A stretch of DNA of 64,000 bases from Callorhinchus milii (lineage: Eukaryota), in the NCBI RefSeq assembly GCF_018977255.1, contig NW_024704742.1, forward strand, positions 39,062,001 to 39,126,000, read 5' to 3'. The notes below the pieces were generated by a model. That model saw only the letters and a list, made by a program, of their open reading frames with translations, was not told the DNA's origin and made no database searches. Position 1 is the stretch's first letter. Every line of letters begins with the position of its first letter. Positions 24,281 through 36,300 of the stretch are shown here, piece by piece. The position numbers were made by a program, and so were the translations under genes.

Positions 24281-27200
24281 TGATGAATCTAACCAGAAAG
24301 CATGACGTTTGTATATAATGCTCCACATTTTGTATTTATAGTGGTAACTGTTTAAAAAGTCAAGAAACACATAACTGCTCTCTACTTATTTATAGTAGGA
24401 AGTTGTATATTGTACATGGACTGATAACAATTCTGTCAGAGACTTGTAGTGTGTGTGAAAAAAAAACGCAATGTAAGAATGTATCCGCGGGAGCTGTCTG
24501 TGAGCTCTGCATTGGCTTGTGTTTTTGCATGGTTAAGTGCCATCCGTACATATATCTGGATTGTGACTAAATGGACTGAAAACAGATGAATCGTGTGTGG
24601 AATGCCCTTATCTGCTGTCATCACAAATAACGGACCATTGCTTCCAATCTCCATCTAAAAAGGATGATTCATATTGGTTCTAAATAGAGTGTGTCAAATG
24701 ACTGTTCACTGCTTCCAAAACTAACCTCTTGTCCAAACGGAGTTGTAAGCAACAGCCTCTGAACTACTGTTTTCTTTCCTTATCTAAAGGGAGGAAACCC
24801 CTGGCTCATTGCTAGAAAGAAATAAGAGGAATGCAGAGGAAAAAGGGGGGTTGAATTTACAAATACAAGATATACTTCAGTCGTTCAGCATCCTATTCTG
24901 TGGGTCAAGTAACCATAGCAAAATTAGTTTTTTTTTTGTTTTGTGTTGACTCCGGTGGATGATGAAGTTATCAAGTTCACGGTTTTCGTGCTCTAAGAGT
25001 CTACTCGTTGGCTAATGCAGTGCTGGAAAGCGTTGGCTGTTTTCGTTGTATGGCTAAATGATGGAGCGTTTCATTAAGAGGATTTAGGGACAAAAAGAAT
25101 GATTTTGAAGTTCCCGCAGGGTTTAAGGAACGATCTACCTGCAATACAGAGGAGAGTGAAACCCGGAGTGAGATGGAAGCATCAGCTTCTGAATGCAATT
25201 GGTCAATGGCACTCGAACCTCCTTCAACCTACATTTGGACTTCTTTAACTGCTCTGAAGGAAGATAATTTGGGTTTGATTCTGAATGAGAGGATTTAGTG
25301 TCAGAACAAGCATCCGATTTCTTGAGGCAACTCGTAGCAGGAATATACTGAAGATTGTGACCCATGAGGAAGAGGAAAACTCCGGTGTATAAAAAAAGCT
25401 GGGGGCGTTTGGATTGTATTGAAAAGCTCTACGAAGCACGTGACAGGGATGCTATTTTTATGCATACTGCACAAAAACCTTTTGTGCCTCAAATACTTGC
25501 TGCGGATTCACTACTTTATACATTCGTCATTCAAAATGTAAATGCAGATGCCTAGTGTTATATAAAATGAGTATACATGTTACCATTTGAGGCATTTTAA
25601 CATAGTTTGTTCTTGGCTAATAATTATTGTGTGTGTTCTATATTTTACTGTCTTTTATAGACAATATGGAAAGTGATCTTTTTTCCAGTTGATTGAAGCC
25701 GGATCTTGATGCGGTACGCTTTCTTTCACCAGGTCCCTTTTGCACTGACTTTACCACTGCTTATGCTTTGTTTGGGGTCTGTTCAAACAACCACGCTTCA
25801 TATTAATCCTCGACTATCCATCACTGTTTACAAAACATCTCCCTCTTTGGTTTAACATGGGCAACAATTTAGAACCGTTTTAGACAAAGCCTTTTCTTTT
25901 AAAAGTAATCATAAATCTTAGTCATGCAGTCTGAATCCAAGTAACTTGGTATCCAAATCATTTTTATTTTTAGAAGCAAAACATTCACGCTAGCTTTTTT
26001 TACCCAAAGTGCAAGAAGCTCCTTATAAGTTGAATCTTGATATTATATCTTATATCACATTTTATTAAGCAGTTTGTAAATGAAGATGAAAGCATATAAG
26101 TGATCAGTGATGTGCTTTGTTTTTGTACCATGCCTGTGGATGGTTGTAGCTGTGGTTTGTGGTTTATACTGTACATTGATGATGAAATTGTTGACTTCAG
26201 TTGACAACATTCAACAGCAGATTATGACTCAGCCTTAACTAAGCAGGCATTCAATTCTTCATTTTATTTTTGAGCTTTTGGAAATACTTTTCCGGATTGC
26301 TTCACAATACTGTACCTTTCTGGATAGCAGATTTGGGTACACAAACCATGGGAGGGTGTTGTCAAATGGAGATGTAGCTCATGGGCATCTCCTGATCCCC
26401 TTGATATAAAACATGAACTCTCTTCCTCTCTTCCACACCCTCCACAATGCGTCACTTTTAAGTCTCTGTTTACTTTGGTATTTTTTACAGTGTATAGACA
26501 GAACATGTTTAACATGAAATCCAATGAAAGGGATATAGGCTTATCAGGCTACTACATGCAGTTTTGACATCTACTCCGCTTTATGAGAATATAATATTAA
26601 GGGAATGTAGGCACAGAATGAGAACTTTGGTTTAAATACCAAGACAAGTCCTTATATTTTTACAACATCACCATGCTGCTCCAGTTTCTCGTGGTTTATC
26701 CTTTTTTGTGGACAATTGGCATAATTTTTTAAAGTTTTATATATTGAATATCAGTTAAGCTTTATTTTCTAACTTTCACCATTCCGCATGATTTTTAAAA
26801 TATATATATTTTAGTGTTATTTTGAAATGCGTACTTGTGATCGTGGTTCATAAAACCAGCATTTTTTAAATGGTGAGAATATTTTATGCAACCCATTGTT
26901 ATGTCTGAAGCCGCGATGTATGTTTGAACTACAGTGAATTGAGTTTTCAGGTTGTACTGAGGAAACCGCTTGTCATGCTGCTCAGTAGTTGAGATTTCAT
27001 TTCAATTAACTTGGCTCAAAAAAACCATAAGAACATAAGAATTAGGAGCAGGAGTAGGCCATTCAGCCCCTCTAGCCTGCCCCGCCATTCAACAAGATAA
27101 TGGCTGATCTATTCTAACTTCATTTACCCGCCATATCCCCCAATCCCTCTATCCACAAAAACATATCTCTTTAAACAATTCTAACTAATTCTTATTTAAA

Positions 27201-29512
27201 TTCCAGTGTATCAAGTTAATTTTGCTGCTGTATACTGACTGCAGAACGGTTGGTATCTACCTGAGCCGTCTCTGCCTTTGGTACAGTGCCCTTCAAGTGG
27301 TGATATGGCCGAGTTGAAAACATACCCACTCAGTCGCATCAGCATTCAGCACTCATGTTGAAGTAAAGAGATTAACGCACTTGAAAAATGTGCTTTCCAG
27401 ATTCTGTCCTAATAAATTGTACCAACAGGTATTGCATCATTTACTCCAGTGAAATGGCGTGCAGGACCGTAAATACAACAATCTTGAGGGCAAAGAAGTG
27501 CACAAAATTTATTGTTAATGAGATTGTGAGAAATCTGTTACCAGTTATTTATTTTGCCCCATTACTTAAGCTTTATACAGGATTCTTTTAGTTGTAAATC
27601 TGTAGAAAAACTTGACTGCCTGTTCAAAGCAGTAAAACTATGCCGGCCATTTTATTGTCTCAGCTTCCGCATCTGCTTTAATATGCCGTAGCAAGTGCCC
27701 CTATTGATGATGCTTCACACAGGAACAGTGTTAGTTGGTATAAATTGAAGCTCAATAAATAACATCATGAATTTATAAATAAAATCATCCCCATTCTATT
27801 TTTTTCTGGAATTGACCCCCATTTAATGCTGAAATAACCTTTATCGCCCTGAAGACATGTATGTATTTACTGCCGAATATGCCATCAAAGTAAAGACTTC
27901 AAGCTTGGAAAAGGGGCATTGGGTAGCACAAGTGTGACATAGTCAACGTGTAGAATTTACTTCTGGAGTATCTGTATATAGCATCATATCATATCCACCC
28001 ACTTTGAATAATAAAACACAAGGTCCACAAAAATACCATGGTAAAAACAATTTAGAAATATTTATTTCAGACACATAGTATTCTAGAAACATGACAAACA
28101 TATTTATCGTATTGGAATATTCTAATGTAACTTTATTTTCACTATTCTTGTCTAGGATTTGAAGTACATTATGGAACTTACAATAAATATTACATATTAA
28201 TTTAATAAGGAGAAATGCTGTAAAACTTCTGATGTGTCAACTTGTTTAACATGTATTTACTCCGGTCAGCTGTCTGTTGGACATTGGTTATTCCAAAGCT
28301 TATTCAGCTGCTTTACACTATGAAAAGATAATTGTGCCATATGAATCTTGACTGGCTTGGAATTATATTCACAATGTGAATTATGTTCACAAAACAAGAT
28401 ATGCAAGAGCGTGAGTAATGGAAATTACAGGAAAAACAACATCTTGCCTCCCCAGGTTTATCACAGGCTCAAATGTTTAAGCTGGGGATGCGTTCTTGTG
28501 GGGAAAGGGGGTGGTGGTGTAATGGGATGGAGTGGGCAACCTTCACTTCCATAATGTACTGATGAAATGGCATGTGTTGGCAGATGAGAATAGTTTCTTG
28601 CTACCTACAAAGCCCATCAAATGAACTATTGGCAAATGTGATGATCCAATACACACCTGAGAAAAGCCTAATGGCCCTTTCCTTCAACTTGTATTACGTA
28701 CAAGGATTATGCCTTGTATTATGCCTTTGCAATAAAATAATTTGTGTGCTCCAGTGGTGAAAATATATTATTCAGATACATGCTTTGCCATGTCTGTAAT
28801 ATCTCAATGAATGTTCAAACACAAGTGTTTTGAGTATATACAATGATGTTTTCTTTGTTTTTTTAATACATGTTCTCTCTTTTATTTTCTCTGTGCATTG
28901 ATTTGTGTTTAAAACGGTTAGCCAGTTACAAGACGGATGCATCATAGACTCTCAAGAGGAATTGTTGCCGTTTTTAATTTTTTAAAAAAATGATAATGCA
29001 TCACTCTTTGATGTTTTGGTGTGTTAAACGACGCATAGATGAAAGTTGATTTTCACATAATCAAATGCAGCAGCAAACGCATTGCGCCTTTTTGACAGTT
29101 TCAAAGCCAAACTTTGTGGGGTTGTTTCTGACAAACAAAATGACGAGGACTTGTGCCATTGGTTTGATTTTTATTACATGTTTATCAGTTGTTTGATTTC
29201 ATTTTATATAAATATATTTTCCAGTTAACTTTCTGTTTTGTATATTTTCAAAATTTTGTTTCAAGGGTAAGAAGTTGACCTTCCGATCTATTTTTACAAG
29301 ATGCTGTTTTTTGGCAATGTTTTACTATTGTTGGACTATACTGTATGTAACTGTTAATAATAGACACGCCAAATCTCTTTGCATCTCTTCACCGGTCTCC
29401 TGTGTTTTTGTACAACGGCCTGTAAATCATTGAAGAACATGCAGTCTGTTATGAATGACTTCATTGGCTGCTGTTTTTTTGAATCAACCCTGCTGCAACA
29501 AAACTTAATAAA
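24281..29512 (+). other. col25a1: col25a1 terminal exon: stop codon (TGA at 24281-24283) and long 3' UTR
   Basis: Strong acceptor tgtttttttgcag followed by TGATGA; AU-rich, repeat-poor sequence. The 3' end is uncertain (AATAAA at 27754, 28731, 29507 among others). Confidence 0.75.
27026..27160 (-). mobile_element. CR1-type 3' tail inside the presumed 3' UTR
   Basis: Minus strand reads gggctgaatggcctactcctgctcctaattcttatgttcttatg. Confidence 0.75.
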
Positions 29513-30631
29513 AACGAAAAACTTATCTGAAAGCAAGTTTATCTAGTTACGGACAGAGGGCTTGAGTCAGATTGCATATCATACTGGCTTTGGGAAATAT
29601 TTGGTCCAATGTTCCCACATTTGTATTTTGCTCCCTTTGCCTCACCCAAAGGCCAGAAGTCTGAAGGAGAGAGCAATTACACGCTGCTTGCCAATGCCTC
29701 ATGTAGACAGGGGTGAATTTTGCTCATTCACTCTGGAGTGGCATTGCCTCCACTCAGCAATCCCCATGTTCTACTAGGTCCTTCCTCAACAAAAAGGGAG
29801 CTGAAGTAGTGGAGACCAGCAGAGTCACTTCAAACCAACATTTTTGGCCCTCTATTGCTGGCGCTTTCCTTTTTTTTGTCTCATCTAATAATAATCCTTG
29901 CACTTGCATATCCTAGCACCTTATCACTTCCTTTACATACAAACAACTGCTGGCTTTCCACTTCTTTTCCATTTCTCCACCACATTGCCCATCTCTGTCC
30001 GTACCTCACAACCAACACAGCCAAAACCCTCGTCCACACCTTTGTCACTTACCGGTGGACTATTCTTACTGTGAGGAGATGTTGGAGTCCAAAATCGATG
30101 GGATCTGTTCAGCTGCCTCCGCCCTCCCAACTGCCATTCCCTCCCCATCTCCCCCCTATACTGTGACCCATACCCATCCCTCCTCTCCACATCTTTAAAT
30201 CTGTCTTCTCCCTCCTTTCTCATCACTAGCAAATCCAGCATGAAACACACCATCTACTCCCATGAAACGATCCCCACCCCTCTCCTTACCTCCCAGCTCC
30301 ACCTCCTCGCCCCTATACCTCCGACACCATCAATCTCTCCCCATCATCTGGCACCGTTCCCATCCTCCTAAAAACAGCGAAAATCACCCCCCTCCTGAAA
30401 AAACCTTCCCAGAACCCATTACTGTTTTCTAGCTACTGGCCCATTTCCAACCTCACTTTTCTTTCCAAGAAAGAGTCATTACTTCCCAGCTTCACTCCTT
30501 CCTCTCCTACCATTCCCTTCATGAGCCCCTCACAGCATGAAAACTGCTCTGGTCAAGGTCACAAATGACATCTGTGACCAGGGCTCCCTCTGCTTCTTGT
30601 CGTCCTCGATCTCTGCTGCCTTCAACACCAT

Positions 30632-31807
30632 TGTTAGATATCAAAAAGGTCACCCAGTATTCCGTTTAGGTAAAATCTGTTAACCCAAGTTTATTCAAAC
30701 AAAAATACCATTGAAGCGCACTTATTTCAGCAGTCAACCGTCGACGCCGCTAGACCGAGTGCTACGAGTCCAGCACAGGGTTCTTAGTTACTTCAGTTAT
30801 TCAGGCTTTCAATCTTCCATCACCGTCTGTTGGCGCCGTTCCGGACTGCTTCCCACTTCTCTTTTTCGGCTACTCATAGTCAGTCGCCTGACTTGCCATT
30901 ACATCCCGTATTTACATATTCAATCACTTTGTATTTTACTAGCCTTATTCGGTGGTTTGTCGACCAACCGCCTTGTCTTTCCTAGGGCCCTCTACCCACT
31001 TCTGATATGGTCACGTACTCAGGTTAATCAATCATTTGGCTTAGTGCCAGTCGCCACGAGGTCTTCCCTTTGTCCTGTCTAAGATAGGAGATTGATCAGT
31101 TTAGGGCTGCATCTGGTGCTTAGTTATTTTGTCATGTGGGATTAGTACATTCCTTTTAAGTGACTGGTTATTTCTCATCAGTATCCCGGGATGGTACCAA
31201 GGTCCTCTAGTTTAAGCAACTTGCTCATTAGTTGCTATTCTTGAGGGTTACCTTCTGTCGCTTGGCAGGCCCTGTCAGAATCTAGCGACTTATTGCTAAG
31301 GCGAGATCCTCGCTCCTTGCAAAGCGAGTGACCTGAGTTCAATTCCAGGCAGGGTGAAACCTTGGGCAAGTTTCCTTACTCCACACACCTAATAATAATC
31401 CCTCCAAAAACAAAACAATAATAAATTGGTCATTTTCAATTTACGACTGTTTGTGGGACATTGCGCAATTGGCTGCCACGTTCGCCCACAAATATACAGT
31501 CAATTCAATTTACAGTGTGTTCTGTGAAGCGCTTTGGGACGTCCTCCCGATGTGAAAAGTGCGATATCAAATGCAAGGATTATTATTATTATCCTGTGTC
31601 GACCGATACCTTGGACTGTTACCTCTGTGGGCTTGTTGTCATTTACTGATAAGAGGTGACCCCCTGCCCTTTTCCAAAGCTGTCCTGTTATTCTTTCAAA
31701 AACAAGAGAAAACCAGATGTGTCCTATCCCATGACTGTCAGTACTTTCTCCATTCTACATTTGTTTAATGTTCATTATTATTAGACTACAACTTCTATAA
31801 TCTAACA
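30632..31807 (-). mobile_element. Solo LTR (Gypsy/ERV-type)
   Basis: TGTTAGAT...ATCTAACA termini, 4-bp TSD CCAT (30628-30631, 31808-31811), minus-strand AATAAA near 30690. Confidence 0.85.
31308..31592 (+). mobile_element. 5'-truncated tRNA SINE nested in the LTR
   Basis: Same body and (TAT)n tail as the other copies. Confidence 0.85.
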
Positions 31808-32204
31808 CCATGTACCAATCTATTCTCCTCCACTGCCTCTCCTCTCACCTCAACCTTCAAAGTTCTGTCCATGAATAGTTCAGGACATATCTCTCCCACT
31901 GGCTTCAATTCGTCTATGCCAACGGTTCACTTCCAGCCCCGCACACTCTTGTCTGGTGTTCCTCAGGGCTCTGTCCTCAGTCGCCTCCTCTTCAACTTCT
32001 ACATGCTGCCCCTTGGTGACAAAATCCGCAGACATTGGGTCATTGTCACCTGATTATTCTGTTTATTCTCATATGTACGCAGAAGACACCCAACTCTCAG
32101 CCTCCACCCTCGATCACAAGACAACTGACATTCTGATAGACTGTCTGTCAGACATCAAGTCAACTTTCTCCAACTGAATGTCAGCAAGAATGAGGCTAGC
32201 CTGA

Positions 32205-32990
32205 TTGCCCAAACAAGTAGAACTTACCAGATACACAAGAAAATGCTACTGTTTGGGTGATATATACTTTTTTGTCCAAAAACTGGACGGAACCCATGTG
32301 GTCTCCTTCAACAAACCACAGGAGTAACAACGATGCTTCGGTCAGGTAAATAACATCCAAAAGAGGTAGCACTTACCAGAAAAATACGAACGAAAAAGCC
32401 ACTGTTCAGAAGATATGTGCATTTACTGTGCAACATCTTGATGGCATAAGATGTGGTATTCTCCAGCAAATCAACACAGTTGGAAGGAAGGTTCCAACAA
32501 AGTGAATGAAAGTTCGCTTCAGTAAATGTCATTGAAACAAGGTAGCAATTACCAGAAAGATATGCAAGAATATGTTATTGTTCTGGTGATATGTGGATTA
32601 ACTGACCAACATCTTGATGACATAAGACATGGCATCCTCCAGCAAATCATCATATTGGGAAGGAAGGTTCAGTCATTTAAATCACCCAAGCAAGGTAGCA
32701 CTGACCAAAAAACACATTGAAAATGCTACTGTTTAGATGACGTGTGCCCTCAATCTACGGCAGTTCCCTGAAAACAGACATGGCCACATCCAACAAACTG
32801 AATTAAGGTTCGGTCAGGTAAACATTGCCCAAACCAGTAGCACTAAGCAGAAAAATACTCAGGAAAATGCTACTGTTTGGGTTACAGGTGCCTCTGCTGG
32901 CCTATACCAGGATGGAATCAAATGTGGTCTCCTCCACCTTACCGTCACAGTTGGAAGGAAGGTTCGGTCAGGTAAATGTCGCCAAAAAAA
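32205..32990 (+). repeat. Diverged satellite monomers (array edge)
   Basis: Repeated caggtaaa..gtagcactt..gaaaatgctactgttt motif about every 150 bp. Confidence 0.9.
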
Positions 32991-33281
32991 TAATAATAAT
33001 AATAATAATAATAATCCTTGCATTTGATATAGCGCTTTTCATGTCGGGAGGACGTCCCAAAGCACTTCACAGAACACACTGTAAAGTGAATTGACTGTAT
33101 ATTTGTGGGCGAACGCAGCAGCCAATTGCGCACAGCAATGTCCCACAAACAGTCGTAGATTGAAAATGACCAATTTATTATTGTTTTTGGGTTTGGAGGG
33201 ATTATTATTAGGCTCTGTGTGGAGTAAGGAAACTTGCCCAAGGTTTCGCCCCTGCCTGGAATTGAACTCAGGGTCTTCACT
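32990..33281 (-). mobile_element. tRNA SINE cut by the assembly gap
   Basis: Same insertion site as the 42089-42414 copy. Confidence 0.85.
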
Positions 33282-33306
33282 NNNNNNNNNNNNNNNNNNN
33301 NNNNNN
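33282..33306. other. Assembly gap (25 N)
   Basis: Run of N. Confidence 1.
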
Positions 33307-36300
33307 ACAGTAGCATTTTCTTGTGTATCTGGTAAGTTCTACTTGTTTGGGCAATCAGGCTAGCCTCATTCTTGCTGACATTCAGTTGGAGAAAGTTGAC
33401 TTGATGTCTGACAGACAGTCTATCAGAATGTCAGTTGTCTTGTGATCGAGGGTGGAGGCTGAGAGTTGGGTGTCTTCTGCGTACATATGAGAATAAACAG
33501 AATAATCAGGTGACAATGACCCAATGTCTGCGGATTTTGTCACCAAGGGGCAGCATGTAGAAGTTGAAGAGGAGGCGACTGAGGACAGAGCCCTGAGGAA
33601 CACCAGACAAGAGTGTGTGGGGCTGGAAGTGAACCGTTGGCATAGACGAATTGAAGCCAGTGGAGAGATATGTCCTGAACTATTCATGGACAGAACTTTG
33701 AAGGTTGAGGTGAGAGGAGAGGCAGTGGAGGAGAATAGATTGGTACATGGTGTTAGATTATAGAAGTTGTAGTCTAATAATAATGAACATTAAACAAATG
33801 TAGAATGGAGAAAGTACTGACAGTCATGGGATAGGACACATCTGGTTTTCTCTTGTTTTTGAAAGAATAACAGGACAGCTTTGGAAAAGGGCAGGGGGTC
33901 ACCTCTTATCAGTAAATGACAACAAGCCCACAGAGGTAACAGTCCAAGGTATCGGTCGACACAGATAATAATAATAATCCTTGCATTTGATATCGCACTT
34001 TTCACATCGGGAGGACGTCCCAAAGCGCTTCACAGAACACACTGTAAATTGAATTGACTGTATATTTGTGGGCGAACGTGGCAGCCAATTGCGCAATGTC
34101 CCACAAACAGTCGTAAATTGAAAATGACCAATTTATTATTGTTTTGTTTTTGGAGGGATTATTATTAGGTGTGTGGAGTAAGGAAACTTGCCCAAGGTTT
34201 CACCCTGCCTGGAATTGAACTCAGGTCACTCGCTTTGCAAGGAGCGAGGATCTCGCCTTAGCAATAAGTCGCTAGATTCTGACAGGGCCTGCCAAGCGAC
34301 AGAAGGTAACCCTCAAGAATAGCAACTAATGAGCAAGTTGCTTAAACTAGAGGACCTTGGTACCATCCCGGGATACTGATGAGAAATAACCAGTCACTTA
34401 AAAGGAATGTACTAATCCCACATGACAAAATAACTAAGCACCAGATGCAGCCCTAAACTGATCAATCTCCTATCTTAGACAGGACAAAGGGAAGACCTCG
34501 TGGCGACTGGCACTAAGCCAAATGATTGATTAACCTGAGTACGTGACCATATCAGAAGTGGGTAGAGGGCCCTAGGAAAGACAAGGCGGTTGGTCGACAA
34601 ACCACCGAATAAGGCTAGTAAAATACAAAGTGATTGAATATGTAAATACGGGATGTAATGGCAAGTCAGGCGACTGACTATGAGTAGCCGAAAAAGAGAA
34701 GTGGGAAGCAGTCCGGAACGGCGCCAACAGACGGTGATGGAAGATTGAAAGCCTGAATAACTGAAGTAACTAAGAACCCTGTGCTGGACTCGTAGCACTC
34801 GGTCTAGCGGCGTCGACGGTTGACTGCTGAAATAAGTGCGCTTCAATGGTATTTTTGTTTGAATAAACTTGGGTTAACAGATTTTACCTAAACGGAATAC
34901 TGGGTGACCTTTTTGATATCTAACAATGGTGTTGAAGGCAGCAGAGATCGAGGACGACAAGAAGCAGAGGGAGCCCTGGTCACAGATGTCATTTGTGACC
35001 TTGACCAGAGCAGTTTTCATGCTGTGAGGGGCTCATGAAGGGAATGGTAGGAGAGGAAGGAGTGAAGCTGGGAAGTAATGACTCTTTCTTGGAAAGAAAA
35101 GTGAGGTTGGAAATGGGCCAGTAGCTAGAAAACAGTAATGGGTTCTGGGAAGGTTTTTTCAGGAGGGGGGTGATTTTCGCTGTTTTTAGGAGGATGGGAA
35201 CGGTGCCAGATGATGGGGAGAGATTGATGGTGTCGGAGGTATAGGGGCGAGGAGGTGGAGCTGGGAGGTAAGGAGAGGGGTGGGGATCGTTTCATGGGAG
35301 TAGATGGTGTGTTTCATGCTGGATTTGCTAGTGATGAGAAAGGAGGGAGAAGACAGATTTAAAGATGTGGAGAGGAGGGATGGGTATGGGTCACAGTATA
35401 GGGGGGAGATGGGGAGGGAATGGCAGTTGGGAGGGCGGAGGCAGCTGAACAGATCCCATCGATTTTGGACTCCAACATCTCCTCACAGTAAGAATAGTCC
35501 ACCGGTAAGTGACAAAGGTGTGGACGAGGGTTTTGGCTGTGTTGGTTGTGAGGTACGGACAGAGATGGGCAATGTGGTGGAGAAATGGAAAAGAAGTGGA
35601 AAGCCAGCAGTTGTTTGTATGTAAAGGAAGTGATAAGGTGCTAGGATATGCAAGTGCAAGGATTATTATTAGATGAGACAAAAAAAAGGAAAGCGCCAGC
35701 AATAGAGGGCCAAAAATGTTGGTTTGAAGTGACTCTGCTGGTCTCCACTACTTCAGCTCCCTTTTTGTTGAGGAAGGACCTAGTAGAACATGGGGATTGC
35801 TGAGTGGAGGCAATGCCACTCCAGAGTGAATGAGCAAAATTCACCCCTGTCTACATGAGGCATTGGCAAGCAGCGTGTAATTGCTCTCTCCTTCAGACTT
35901 CTGGCCTTTGGGTGAGGCAAAGGGAGCAAAATACAAATGTGGGAACATTGGACCAAATATTTCCCAAAGCCAGTATGATATGCAATCTGACTCAAGCCCT
36001 CTGTCCGTAACTAGATAAACTTGCTTTCAGATAAGTTTTTCGTTTTTATTAAGTTTTGTTGCAGCAGGGTTGATTCAAAAAAACAGCAGCCAATGAAGTC
36101 ATTCATAACAGACTGCATGTTCTTCAATGATTTACAGGCCGTTGTACAAAAACACAGGAGACCGGTGAAGAGATGCAAAGAGATTTGGCGTGTCTATTAT
36201 TAACAGTTACATACAGTATAGTCCAACAATAGTAAAATATTGCCAAAAAACAGCATCTTGTAAAAATAGATCGGAAGGTCAACTTCTTACCCTTGAAACA

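Larger units (their letters stand above)
29930..32200 (+). mobile_element. Degenerate L2 reverse-transcriptase region, interrupted by a solo LTR
   Basis: Motifs ITPLLKKP, Y.PISNL, LDL.AAF(N)[25 protein letters not shown] (YADD-like), with frameshifts. Confidence 0.85.
24204..32252 (+). repeat. Left arm of 8-kb inverted duplication
   Basis: Reverse complement of 33307-41351; mirrored ORFs have coordinate sums of ~65557. Confidence 0.97.

Noticed and set aside
923..24283. Assignment to col13a1 or col23a1
   Set aside because: The C-terminus GLDAPCQLGPDGLPMPGCWQK matches my recollection of COL25A1 better than that of the paralogues
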